A program made the position numbers and the translations under genes. Under the pieces are notes generated by a model that searched no databases, had not been told where the DNA came from, and worked only from the letters and a program-made list of their open reading frames with translations. From Podarcis tiliguerta (taxonomy: Eukaryota): a DNA stretch of 64,000 nucleotides. The DNA lies in NCBI GenBank assembly GCA_965153285.1, contig OZ229111.1. One strand, written 5' to 3'. Every line of letters begins with the position of its first letter. The first letter of the stretch is position 1. This document shows positions 47,115 to 59,243 of the stretch, in pieces.

Positions 47115-50100
47115 TTTGCATCTGACACTGGTGTTTTAGGGGGTCAAGTGAGTGAGATCATTAGAACAGTGTTGATTTAGTGGAATTGTTACACACAGGC
47201 TGAAGGACAGAAAACCCAGAATCTGCTTTGCTATCTAACGAAGTTCTGATCTACAGAACATTAAGAAAACACAACATGCAATTTAAGGCTGTTCTCATTA
47301 TAGTAGTTCACAGTCATCACTGAGGCAGCTTGTTAAATATGCTTCAGGATATTGTTATCTTGTTAATGTGAATAGAAGGTCATTTGATTAAGTGATCCGA
47401 ACACATGGCAGATACCCATTCTTTAGGTACTACTGCACAAGACTTAAGAACATATATTTTGCAGTACAGTATACGAAATATAAAAGCTAGCTACATATAT
47501 AAAATGCATCTTCTCCACCATTTTAATTTCCCCCTTTCTTAAAAAGTCATCTTTTAATTCATTTTTCTCCCATTCTAATGGAAACATTTTCATTAAGTTG
47601 GCCTGTACGGCACTGAGCTTATCTTCATAAATTCCATTTCAATTATGAAATAAATGTTGGCTTATGCAGGTACTTCAGATCTGTTGATTTTCCATAAGCC
47701 TGAGGCTTTTTTACTCTTTTAACCTTTAACCATGCTGGTGGCCTTGGTCTACAGTAATAATCAAGCCATCATTACCTTTTAAGAACCTCCACCTCATCCA
47801 TTTGCCATGGGAGTTCTCTTGTGCTATTTTCAGCAGCAAAAGACTGTCCAATTACCTTCCTCTATTCCTGTAATTCTCCTCACCTGCTCACACAACACAT
47901 TTACAACCTCCCCTCTGCCCTATTTGATTATCCAGCAGTGCTGGCCATGAGAGGCATTGCGGTAATGATAGGCTTTCACAACCATCATGCTTGAGGATGC
48001 AAGAATCAGCAGAATGGTGGAAATGAGAAATGAAACAAGCTAAAACCTTTAACTGCATTGCTGGTCTCTATGAACTCCTAGCTGAATGCACAGCTTCCCA
48101 CATCCATTAAGCACTTTGAACCTTGCTTTCAAGCTGGATTGTGTTAAAATGACTTGACTTGTGAGAATAAAAAAAACCAGGATAGAACTCTTCCGATGAC
48201 TATATAAAGCCTCCCTTTCCTCCACATTACATCTGTACAAATAATGATGATTTGTTCAGCTTTGATTAATTGATATTAATCGGTCAAGCCATGACAAGCA
48301 GCACTGTTAAAACAAATGCGAAACAAAATATCAATCAATTCACAAAGCAAGCCCAATGACATCACTGGTGCAGCAGGCAACTTTTGTCACAGTAGTTGCG
48401 CTCAACACCTCCTCAGCGAGTGGTGGGACTGCCTTCATTATGTCAATCCCTTACATCAATGACACCATAGCAACCAGGCTCAGCTTTATTAATTATGACA
48501 ACTTCATCTGTTGTGGCAACAGGAACAACTGAAATGTTTAATTAAAAATGCAGAAGTTTCTCAGGGGCAGTTGTCACCATAACAGCATGCAGATACGCTT
48601 TCTGCGCATTTGTAACACCTCGTAACAGTTACTGCCTAACTTTGCAGGTTTGCCATTTCTCTGGCCGCAGAATACTTTTCACAATGAATTTTCCACTCCA
48701 ACACATCTACTAAACCTTTTCCTGACAACTGAAGGCCATTATAAATATGATACAATTATTTTATATTAAATGTTATTACATGACCTTCACAAACATGACA
48801 CACCTTTTGGTCTACAGTAGCCTGGCTGGCACTCACACCAGCAGTTAGAATCCCCCCCCCCAAAAGGATGGTGAAATAACAGAATCTAGAGCTTGGGGTA
48901 ACAAGATGACTTGGGGTAACAAAGTGGCTGCCAATCTTTGAACCCAAATTGTCAAGTGATTCTGATGAGCCCCAGATACACAATATTTGGTATAGCTAAC
49001 AAAAGGAGGCTGATGAGTACTCCTCATATGTAGCACAGAGAGATGGGTGTGAATTCTGAGCTGTTGTACCTTCTTGCATGCCATACACATAGAGGTACTA
49101 GAAATGCAGGAGTTCCTGAGACCCGCCCGCCCAATGGATTGTAAACACCTTGAAAGATTGGTTTAACAAAGACAGAATACCAACTTTTTATAGTACAGCT
49201 GTTGTGAAGCTTAAATATCAAAATTGTACTATGAGCTGACGAAACCAGAGAACCAGTAACATTCGCGCTCATCATTGTTCAGTTACCTTATATAAATATG
49301 CTACTTCAAGATGCATTTTTCTGTTTTCAATATTTTTTCTTCTTTTGAGTGTTAACATATAAATTTACAAATCTCATATGAAAAATGAACATGTCAAAAA
49401 TAAGATAATGCTGGGGAAAACAGGACACTTGGAACAGCATAAAAATATAGCCAGCACTTAATGGTATTCCCAAGGGTTATTTTAAACTGTGCATTGATGT
49501 TTGTGAACAGCAGCAAAGATGCCATTTTTTTCCCTAAGGGCACAAGAATTGGTCAGATGATATCTGCAGTGGCTTCCTTTCCTATGTAAATAAAAAAAGA
49601 TATATGCATAGCCACTCATATGTTATACACTACTATTGCCTGAGATTAACCTGCATGTAAAACAACCCTGTGGATTAGTGCAATGTGGATTTTACCTGCA
49701 AAATATATGGCTTGATTACGCCCTCTTAATATTAAAGCATACCAGGGCACACAGTCTTCTGCATCCATCTTACCATCTTCCAGATAGTGAAGACAGCGAA
49801 AGTTCTTAGTAGTAACTGCAATTTATGCATATTCCAATGCAGCTGGTTCAGCTAACCATGGAAAAACTACATTCCCTACTTAAATCATTGATAGTAAGCA
49901 AGTCAGTATCTCTGCGCCCTAAAGGCAATTTGACCAGGGGGTGGGGCAAGGTGGGAGGGGGAATAGCCAAACCTCAACTTTAAATAGATGAACGGATGTT
50001 GTGGAGTATGTAAGAGACTGTAGTGAACTGAGGTTTTTATTTATTTTTCCAGTCACTCCCTATAATCACTCCACCCCCCCCCCACTCATTGCCTGAAGGG

Positions 50101-50185
50101 AAAGTGTGTAACAATTCCACTAAATCAACACGGTTCTAATGATCTCACTCACTTGACCCCCTAGCACACCAGTGTCAGATGCAAA
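47115..50185. repeat. 82-bp inverted repeat pair (47115-47196 and 50104-50185), 79/82 complementary
   Basis: Manual alignment of the two arms gives 3 mismatches and no gaps. Confidence 0.95.
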
Positions 50186-51258
50186 CACGCTTACAATAAA
50201 CTTCACTCCATCTTTAGCTCCTCTCTGACAGGTTTTGATTCATGGGGTGCTGAAACCCATCTGAGGAAAATTACCTCTATCAAAACACTGCTATCTCAGC
50301 ATCTATCAAGCTCTGCTAGAGCCCTGGGGCATGCTCAAATATGCACATGGGCATTTGTGTATGTGAAGTGGGGGGTGGAAGCTGACCTTTCCTGTGAAGT
50401 GACAGATAAATTTCTTGAAGCTGGTGATTTCCAGGTTTTCTTATTTCACTACTCGCGTAGAAAGATTTAGAGAAGGATCCAAGGTACAAAAGGTTTCCCA
50501 TGTAAAGTGTTTTTAGTTTATTTTATTCAGGTAGGATTCTCAAATCTGAAATCTAGTACACAGCCAGGCATCCCAAGATACTTCACACTTTAAAAAATGA
50601 AATCTTTGTAAATAGCAAAACCAAACCAAACCCTGTGCAATCGCAATGTTTGAAGTTGCATGAATATTTTACTGCAAGGTACATGGATTAAGAAGCTCCG
50701 CATCAGAAACAAATACAGTCAACTCACAGAATCATTTTTTAAAAAAGAGTTCTCGCTCTTTTGCCTGAGAAGAAATGCTTAGAAAACACAGACAAAAAGC
50801 TAAGTAAACGGAGGAGGTAGACAAAGGATTTCATTGGCCACAGGCCTGGGGTTTTTTTTTGAAGGGGGGGGGGTGTTATCTGCACACATCTCCTATGCTT
50901 GTCCCATGACTCCTACTTCTCTATAACTATCTCCACACCTTTCTCTCCTTATTATTCCGCTCTTCCTGAAACGTTCCAAAATGTTTTACTACATACAGAC
51001 TTGTAAGCAAAACGATGCAAAATTTTGTGTGCACACAAATACACACCATTTGTAAAATAAGCACAGAACTTGCATTACTTGGAGAAAAACATATACTTGG
51101 GGGGGGAGCACAGGCAGGAACTGAAACAAAAAACTCTGGTTTCAAATACAAATGAAACGCATTGCTCCACTGCACTTTCACACATCTTTCTGTGGCGAGT
51201 TTTGTGGACAGCCACTGGAGAGAGAAGCTGCAGGGTATATAACTTGGCTGTTTAGGAA

Positions 51259-51414
51259 AACCAGATTAGCTCAGTTGGTGAGAGTGAGTGTGGTGCTGAT
51301 AGCGCCAAGGTTGCGGATTCAATCCTCGTAAGGGCCAGCTGCATTTTCCTGCAATGCAGAGGGTTGGAATAGTTGAACCTCGGGGTCCTTTCCAAATCTA
51401 CAATTCTATGATTC
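51259..51414 (+). mobile_element. tRNA-Ile-derived SINE with CR1-type 3' tail
   Basis: ttagctcagttggtgagag..tggtgctgatagcgccaaggttgcggattcaatcc (tRNA-Ile-like), then gggttggaatag...cctttccaaatctacaattctatgattc (CR1 terminus). Confidence 0.8.
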
Positions 51415-51814
51415 GAAGTTCTGCTTTCCTTCACTGTTGCTATTAAGAACCAGCGGCTAAGCAGGACCTCCAGCTGTTTTGCCATGCCACTGGATCGTTT
51501 TGTGGGAGTGGAGAGTGACTGAGAACAGGTGTTGGTGCAGAGCAGACAGATGCTTTCAAGCCCTTTAAAGCAGCAGATAAAGGCAGGGATACTCTTTGGG
51601 TGGCCCCAAGAAGGATCTGACTTACTGGATTTTGGTCATCTAGAAGTGGGGTGGGGCAGAAGAGAAAAAGTTGCCTCTTATATTTTAGGCATGGTTTCCA
51701 TTGCATAAAAAAGGAAGGAAAACCCACATTAGGCCAATGGCTGGACGATTCTTCTACTGCAGCTTTACTAGGGCGGGGGCTCCATTGGATCTTCACCCCT
51801 TTGTTTATCTAGCA

Positions 51815-52129
51815 CAGGGGTCAGCAAACTTTTTCAGCAGGGGGCCGGTCCTCTGTCCCTCAGACCTTGTGGGGGGCCGGACTATATTTTGGGGGGGAAA
51901 TGAACGAATTCCTATGCCCTACAAATAACCCAGAGATGCATTTTAAATAAAAGCACACATCCTACTCATGTAAAAGCAGCAGGCAAGCCCCACAAATAAC
52001 CCAGAGATGCATTTTAAATAAAAGGACACATTCTACTCATGTAAAAACATGCTGATTCATGGACCGTATGCTGATTTAGAAGGCGACTGGGCCAGATCCG
52101 GCCCCTGGGCCTTAGTTTGCCTACCCATG
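51815..52129. mobile_element. hAT-type non-autonomous element with internal duplication
   Basis: TIRs caggggtcagcaaact / agtttgcctacccatg; perfect 8-bp TSD atctagca; ~54-bp block duplicated at ~51922 and ~51993. Confidence 0.93.
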
Positions 52130-52332
52130 ATCTAGCATAAAGATCCGCTGCTCTCCTTTACTGAAATGGCATCTCCTTAAAAAGGCTCAGCAGTACTTGT
52201 TTGTGGTTCTGGCATAATTATATCCAAATGACTAGAATACAAATGTTGAATCCATGTGCTGGGTGAGTAAGAGTGAAAATAGGATACAGGTGCATAGAGT
52301 AAAAAATCAAGTATGGGGCACAAGCTAGATAT

Positions 52333-52468
52333 CAGGCATCCCCAACCTTTGGCCCTCCAGATGTTTTGGACTACAATTCCCATCATCCCTGACCACTGGT
52401 CCTGTTAGCTAGGGATCATGGGAGCTGTAGGCCAAAACATGTGGAGGGCCACAGGTTAGGGATGCCTG
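52333..52468. mobile_element. hAT-type MITE
   Basis: caggcatcccc...gggatgcctg TIRs; same core as the 3431 copy. Confidence 0.88.
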
Positions 52469-55400
52469 GGCTATATTTATGGAAGGGATATTTGACAGTG
52501 GTTTTGCCTTCAAAGAGTTGTAGCTTGTGCAATAAACAATTAGTGTATCCCAAATGGGCAAATAAAGTATCAACCAAGGAGGCAGCTTAATAGCAGGTGG
52601 GGAATCTTAGTTTTGATACCCTTTGGATACATGTTTAGTTTTTTTTACTACAGTACTGCCTTTTTTTAAAATAAATGTTTTATTCAAATATTGCTTATTT
52701 CATTCTTTTATTCTTTGCCTAGGTAGCTGTTCTGGGCACCTCCATTTTTTTAGGGAGAAAGTGGGATAGAAAACTATCCAAATAGATATGGAAACAAAAA
52801 TTAAAAAATTGTATACATTCATGAGAGTAGCATTTATTAACTTGATTTTTATCACAAAGTACCTTTTATTGGCTGTCAGAATAGCCAGTCAGTCAGCTAA
52901 GCACCTTCCCATTAAACAGCCACCATCAGAACTTACTTCTGGGAATGAGGAGCTCCTATCTTTGCAAATATCTAAGAGGAACAAAAGGCAGCACTTTGGA
53001 TCCTCAGAAGCTTCATGATCTAAGAGTGTCCTCAGAAGCCCAATCTCTTGTAGCATCTTTCAGAATGGATTAGCTCATCATTATGAAAAAGTCTGGTGTG
53101 GGCTGTTCATCGGGCAACTCACTCCCAGTTCTCTCCAGGTTACCCTGATGCTCCAGATCCCTTTGTCTATCAGCAGGAACAGTAGCCATGGGAATAGCAG
53201 ATGTGTTATCTGTGATGGGGGCCTTAGAAGGCAACTTTCTGCAAGAGGCTGGGATTTCACTCAAGGCCTGCAGGTGATCCCTGGTCAGATTAATCTGATG
53301 AATGTTGAATGTCTTTTGTTTATGAAGGCCTTTGTTTAGCTGGTTGCTTGGGAGACTCACTCTCTGGTACAGATAGTCTGCAATTGTGGAGATAATTCTT
53401 TTCCAAGATGGCACCTAACAGGAGGACCCTGTTTATATGGTGCCCTGGCTGCCCCATTTCCCTCCTCACCTGAGATGGAAGGATGGTTGGCGCCTTTGGG
53501 GTTCTGCAGTTGTTTACTCTCTTGTTAAGTCCTTATGGCAACAGTAGTTAGAAAGGACAAATTCAGGCAGGAGGTTTTCACAGATTTTGTGATGGTAGCA
53601 GATGTTGGCAAGGCTGGGGTATACGTGTGGAGGAATAGGGCTTTCCCCCTGGAGATGCATGCACTACTGCGAGGTTGTTAAGCAGCTGCAGGTCATTGTC
53701 TCAGATTTAGTGGGTCGACCATGTTAACAAACTGGTGCCATTTTGTTGAGAAAGCAGTATCTTCCCAATTAACCGATAAGGAAGGGAGATAGCAAAAGAG
53801 TAAGCAGAAAAGACAAATAACAAATTTTAAATCTCTATGTATGAAGAAAGGAAGACAACAAAGAGAATGAAATAAGTTGAAATTTGAAGTAAAGAATAGC
53901 TGGAAGGCAAGTACTGTACAAATGCTGTAGTAAGAGGAGGCTCTGTCTTGTGTGAAGGCAGAGAACCAACTGGAGTTAATACTACAATACCAGATTGAAT
54001 GGCTCCTTGACTTCTTCGGCAATAGAAGGAGTCAACCCATACATACTGTATGCCTCTTTCATTCCAAAATGAAAATAAGCTGCTCTGTGATGCCCTAGGC
54101 CTATTGATTCACCTTGGTAAGAATGACTTGTCCAGCGAGCAGGTAAACCTCTGAATGTTCAGGTTCAGGAGGCCCACTCGTTTGTTAGAGCCAGATTTTG
54201 AAATATTGGAGCGAAATGTGTGGTGAGAACCTTGAATTCTTGCACTGATGAAATAACCTAGGTTGAATTACATCCTACAGAAGCTGAGGCTACGGAAGAG
54301 ACTCTTAGGTTGGGGAATTGTTTTTTTGGGGCGGAGATGGTTGTTGCTGTTATTGATTAATTTTTTCTATCTATATTTTTAGAACATGATTTAATGTCAG
54401 ATTTGTTTGATTTGGTTGTATACTTTCTGATGTGTTTTATTTATCACTTGACCATTTTTGTTACATTTGTTGCTAGCCTCCTTAGGCATGGTTCACACAA
54501 CATAGTAAGCAAAAGTATGGCTTACATACATCATACAGACCTCGTTTTATTTGTATAACAACTTTCCATAGTTAAATGGCTTCAATCGCTGCACCAAAAG
54601 AACCTAAAATATATTGTACTGTGCCAGATCAAAGTATCCTTAGATGCCAATACCTGGCTTTTACTAGTACTGTACTATACAATTCAGAGTTAGGTGAAGG
54701 CAAAAACAGAGCAATCAGTCTCTATCACACCCTCCTTGATACTAATCAACATTCTAAGCATGCAGGTACATCTTTCAATCTTGGCTAATATCAATTGAGG
54801 GATGTGCCTTCATTGCATCTTTGGGTAATCTTTCTTAAAGATAAAGAGCTACATTTCTGGCTCTCACAGCGTCCTAGGACACTATGCAAGAATTCTTTTT
54901 GTCATTAGCTTTAAGAGGATCCCTCTTTGTGAAGTGCAATTTTTTTTTGTCATAGTGCAGGCGCTTTTAACTATTTATCTCTTTTCAATATACAGAGGGA
55001 TGAGTCTTTATGTTCCTTTGAAGTGAAAGGAGGATTAAAAAAAATGAAGGAGTGCTAGGGAAAGGCCTCCGCAAGTTGACTAATGCAGCTGGACAGACTC
55101 ATACAGCAAACTACAAAGCGATCGAGTTTTCCTAGCCTCCTCTCTAAGACAATGTCTGAATATGAAAATATAGTAAGTTACCTTGAGGAAGTACACAACT
55201 GAAAGATATCAGGCGACAAATGACAGAAGGATGCTTTCAATTAAGAAAAGGTCCACAGGAGGAAGCAATGCAGAATTTTTCAGATGAACCCTCTCGCATA
55301 CCAGAATTGAGTTCTAGGATACAACTGAAGACAGGAGCAATACAAATACAGCATGCCTGTAAGTGATCTATGAGGCTTGATATGGTAAATTTAGTAACAG

Positions 55401-58400
55401 GCAGTTCTGAATTCAGATGCTATACACTTTCCCCACTCATTATGTTCCTCTCTAAACTTCAATAGTCTAAGGTTTAGGAATATACTGTGTATTTATCTGC
55501 ATGTCTATGGTAAATAGCTACAGAGGGATAAATCATGGGTTTTTTCAGCCCTTCATACCAGCTGGTCAAGTCAACACTATGAAAACAGGTTCAATAGATC
55601 AATTGTGTACTCTGCAAGCATATGTGATAGCAGGGAACGGTGGGGGGGGGGGGAGAAGTATCCTTTTTTTGTTTTAAACCTGTGGCCTGTTAATTTCTTC
55701 AGGTGTCCCTTTTTTTTAAAAAAATAAAAAATAAGCATGACATTATCATGAATTGCATTTTACAAGCCGGTGGGAGGGCATTTATATAAAAATGAACCCT
55801 TCTGGTCACCACTCCTGTATCTCCACTGCAGCATGACGGATGGCAGGATGAAAAGCAGAGCCTCCAGGCTTTCAGGCGATGGTAGATTAATGATGACATG
55901 GCCTTGACCTCCAAAAGGTAAAGGTTATGAAACACTCATGAGTAGCTGGCTTCCAATTTCATACCCAGAGGGTGAATGACAGCAACTGATAGTTTTGTTC
56001 TTCAAAACACTCTAATCCTGGGATGCACAGCTGTCACCCACCACCTTTTTGAAATTCATCCCAACATATTTATATCTTCTTGCTCTTTTCCCTAGTGGAC
56101 TCTATTCTGTGTCTGTGTGCATCAACTACGCGAATGACGCTCGGCAGCAAATAGTAGGGGCAATGAAACAACAGGAAACTGAAAAGTTTCAATATAATCG
56201 TATTGTGACACCACTCTCCCTTTTACAGCCCTAGAATGATATTTTGCCAAGTATTAAACTTGCTCAGTTACACATTACACACGCATTGTGATCAATGGCA
56301 GAGGCACAATCAAGGAGCTGTTAGTTTTATAGACTCCAATACCACTTACCTTCCCACTCTGCTTCTCACAAAAGGCCCAAAGAATATGTGATTAATCTCC
56401 CCCTTTCAGGACTAGTCAGTCAAATCAACACAGCTCTTTAATCTCAAAGCCCAAGAGAAAGTCAAACACTGCGCAGTTCTTCCCATCCTCTAATAAGTCA
56501 TGTTTCGCCAAGAACTTGATGTAGTTGTAGAAGGATGTGATGACACTGAATCAAGCTCTTTTCAGAGCCCCAAAAGTGTTGTTTAGAAATGAACCTACAG
56601 ATGTGAACTAGTGTTAAATAAGGTTATGTTTATGTTTCTATACAACAGACAGCTGGCAGGCTCGTCCTACAATTTGATACAAAGAAAGGGCAAACTACTG
56701 TAGTCTACCACACCATGATGCTAACTAACACATAATGCAAGATGTCAAGGCAATGATGATAATCAATATTCAACTCTATATCCACTGCAGGGTCATCACA
56801 CCCCTATTTTGAAGACTACAAGATGATAAAACTAATAAAACAAAAGCAGAGTCAGGAACAACATCTGATAATGTATCTAATCCGATAGAAAAAAGAATTA
56901 AGTTTTACTGTCAATGCACCTTTGCACAACTGTATCATCTTTTGGATTTAGTTGACACAAATTTTCAAGTTACACAGACCTCTACATTAAATATACAGGT
57001 CAGCGTTGGCATCATAGCAAAAAATAAATAAAAAAGGAAATGAAAGGCAGTGCAGATCCACCAGGACTGTTTCGTCTTTACTTGACTCTTTCTGCTTAAA
57101 GCATAAATACAAGCCAGGGAAGAGAGAAAGCTTAAGAGATCAGAATTGTTTGAGGTGTTGAATTTGTTAAAGGGCAAAGTTCTGAGAGCCAGCAGTTCTG
57201 AAAGCGCTCTGTGTCAAAATACCAGGGGCCTTCACAGATAAAAGTTTATGCTTGCTCCAAACGGGATCAGCAGGGGAGTGAGGAACAAAAAAAGTCACAG
57301 CCATGTGTTAAGAGCACACCTGCAACTCCCAGTTTAATTCTGAAGTTGAAAAGCATTCTTTGACCTAGACGTCAGAGGATGAAGCATACATATAAGGAAT
57401 GCCACATGGCAGACTGAAAGAGACACATCTCAGGTGCAGAGTGAAAAAGTGAAAGGCTTTTGTGAGCTTTTTAATAACATAATGTAGCCTTTTCAAGATT
57501 CAAAAATATTCCAGGTAATGATGGATACATTCAACTACCACAAACACTAGCCTTTCTCTGGAAGAAACTTATAAAACTTCTCCCTCCTCAGAGGATCAGA
57601 TCACACATTTAACAGTGTTCAAAGGATATAGTTAGGTAGCTTCACCTATTGCATTCTATGTACATGTCCACAATTAGCCTGACCCAGCAAAGGAAATTAT
57701 GTGTGGGAGCAGACTTTTGTGTACATAGCCAATGCATATACAGAACCACAACTGGTTACATATTCACAACTGATTCCCAGTTCTCATCTAGGGTAATGGG
57801 AATTGACTGGATAAGGTTTTAGATGAAAATGTATGAACTGAGGACTACTAGGTGTTGTCAGTGATTAGAAATGGACTAGAGCTGCAGCTTTTTAAACAAC
57901 ACAGTTAAACAGAAGTTTCAGTAAGCAGAGCTGAAAAACCCATATTTACTGTCCTCACAAATAATAAGCAGAAGACTTTTCTCCCTTATTCCAAATGTCG
58001 AATTGTACTTCCTTACTGTCAAAATCTCACTGTCAATGGTCGGAGTGCAAACAGAACACTACAAGCTATTTCTATTTCTCTGTCATGACTAATGGATTTT
58101 GCTCAGTTTTATTTTTCTCATGTATTTTTAAATATTTAATGTAAGTAGTCTTACATTAATGATCTCCTGACCATTAGTGGAAAATCAGGGCATCTTTCAA
58201 ATAAAATAAATTAATTTGGGGTTAGCAAGCTGTTTATCACATTGTCTCACTGCTGTTCAGTGGACTGCACAGAAATAAGTTCCCCCAAGTTCAATAGAGC
58301 TTACTCCCAGGTAGTGGATATTGGATTGTAGCCTTGCTCTATATAGTCTGCTTAATGATAAGCGAACAGCTAATAATATAAGAATATTCTTATGACTGTA

Positions 58401-58882
58401 GAATTTTGCTTACTGCAAGCCCACTTTTTGAGAAGTTCGCATCATATTGAGTTAAAAAGCTTTTATAAAATCTCTCACTAAATATTTCATATCTCAGTTT
58501 AAGAAGAGTATTACTAATCATAAAATTCTCAGCAAACCTTTTATTACAGCAATTTATAGAGCTCACCAAACAAGCCAGCATCAGCTATGCACAGAAGAGA
58601 AAGAGTAGGGCTGGTTTTCATGACAAGCTAAGCCAAACATTGGGTTACTGGGACCGTAGAAGTGTGTGGACTCCCGGAGAGAAGTCCTTTTTGCTGTTAC
58701 ACCAGGCTAAGCTTAACTTACGTGTGAGACAACTAGGACTTGTGATGAAGTTATCTCCTCACTAACCACAAGCTATAACCAAGGTTTGTTCCTGTGCACA
58801 GCCCACCAACTAGAAGGTAATGGTTTTCGATATACAGAGGACTAACTAAGATAACAATATCTGCAATTCTGGAATAAAGGTT

Positions 58883-59243
58883 ACAACAACAACAACAACA
58901 ACAACAATTCATTATTTATACCCTGCCCATCTGGCTGGGTTTCCCCAGCCACTCTGGGCGGTTTTCCAACAAAACACTAAAATACAATAACCTATTAAAC
59001 ATTAAAAGCTTCTCTAAACAGGGCTGCCTTCAGATGTCTTCTAAAAGTTTGGTAGTTATTTTTCTCTTAGACATCTGGTGGGAGGGCGTTCCACAGGACG
59101 GGTGCCACTACCGAGAAGGCCCTCTACCTGGTTCCCTGTAGCTTTGCTTCTCACAGTGAGGGAACCGCTAGAAGGCCCTTGGCGCTGGACCTCAGTGTCC
59201 GGGCAGAACGATGGAGGTGGAGACGCTCCTTCAGGTATACTGG
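58883..59243 (-). mobile_element. L2-clade LINE 3' fragment with (TTG)n tail
   Basis: Near-identical to 35752-36068; (AAC)n on the + strand at 58883-58907. Confidence 0.9.

Noticed and set aside
51259-51340. Functional tRNA-Ile gene
   Set aside because: The stems are degenerate and it is fused directly to a CR1-type tail, so it is a SINE. The Sauria SINE heads were rejected as tRNA genes for the same reason.
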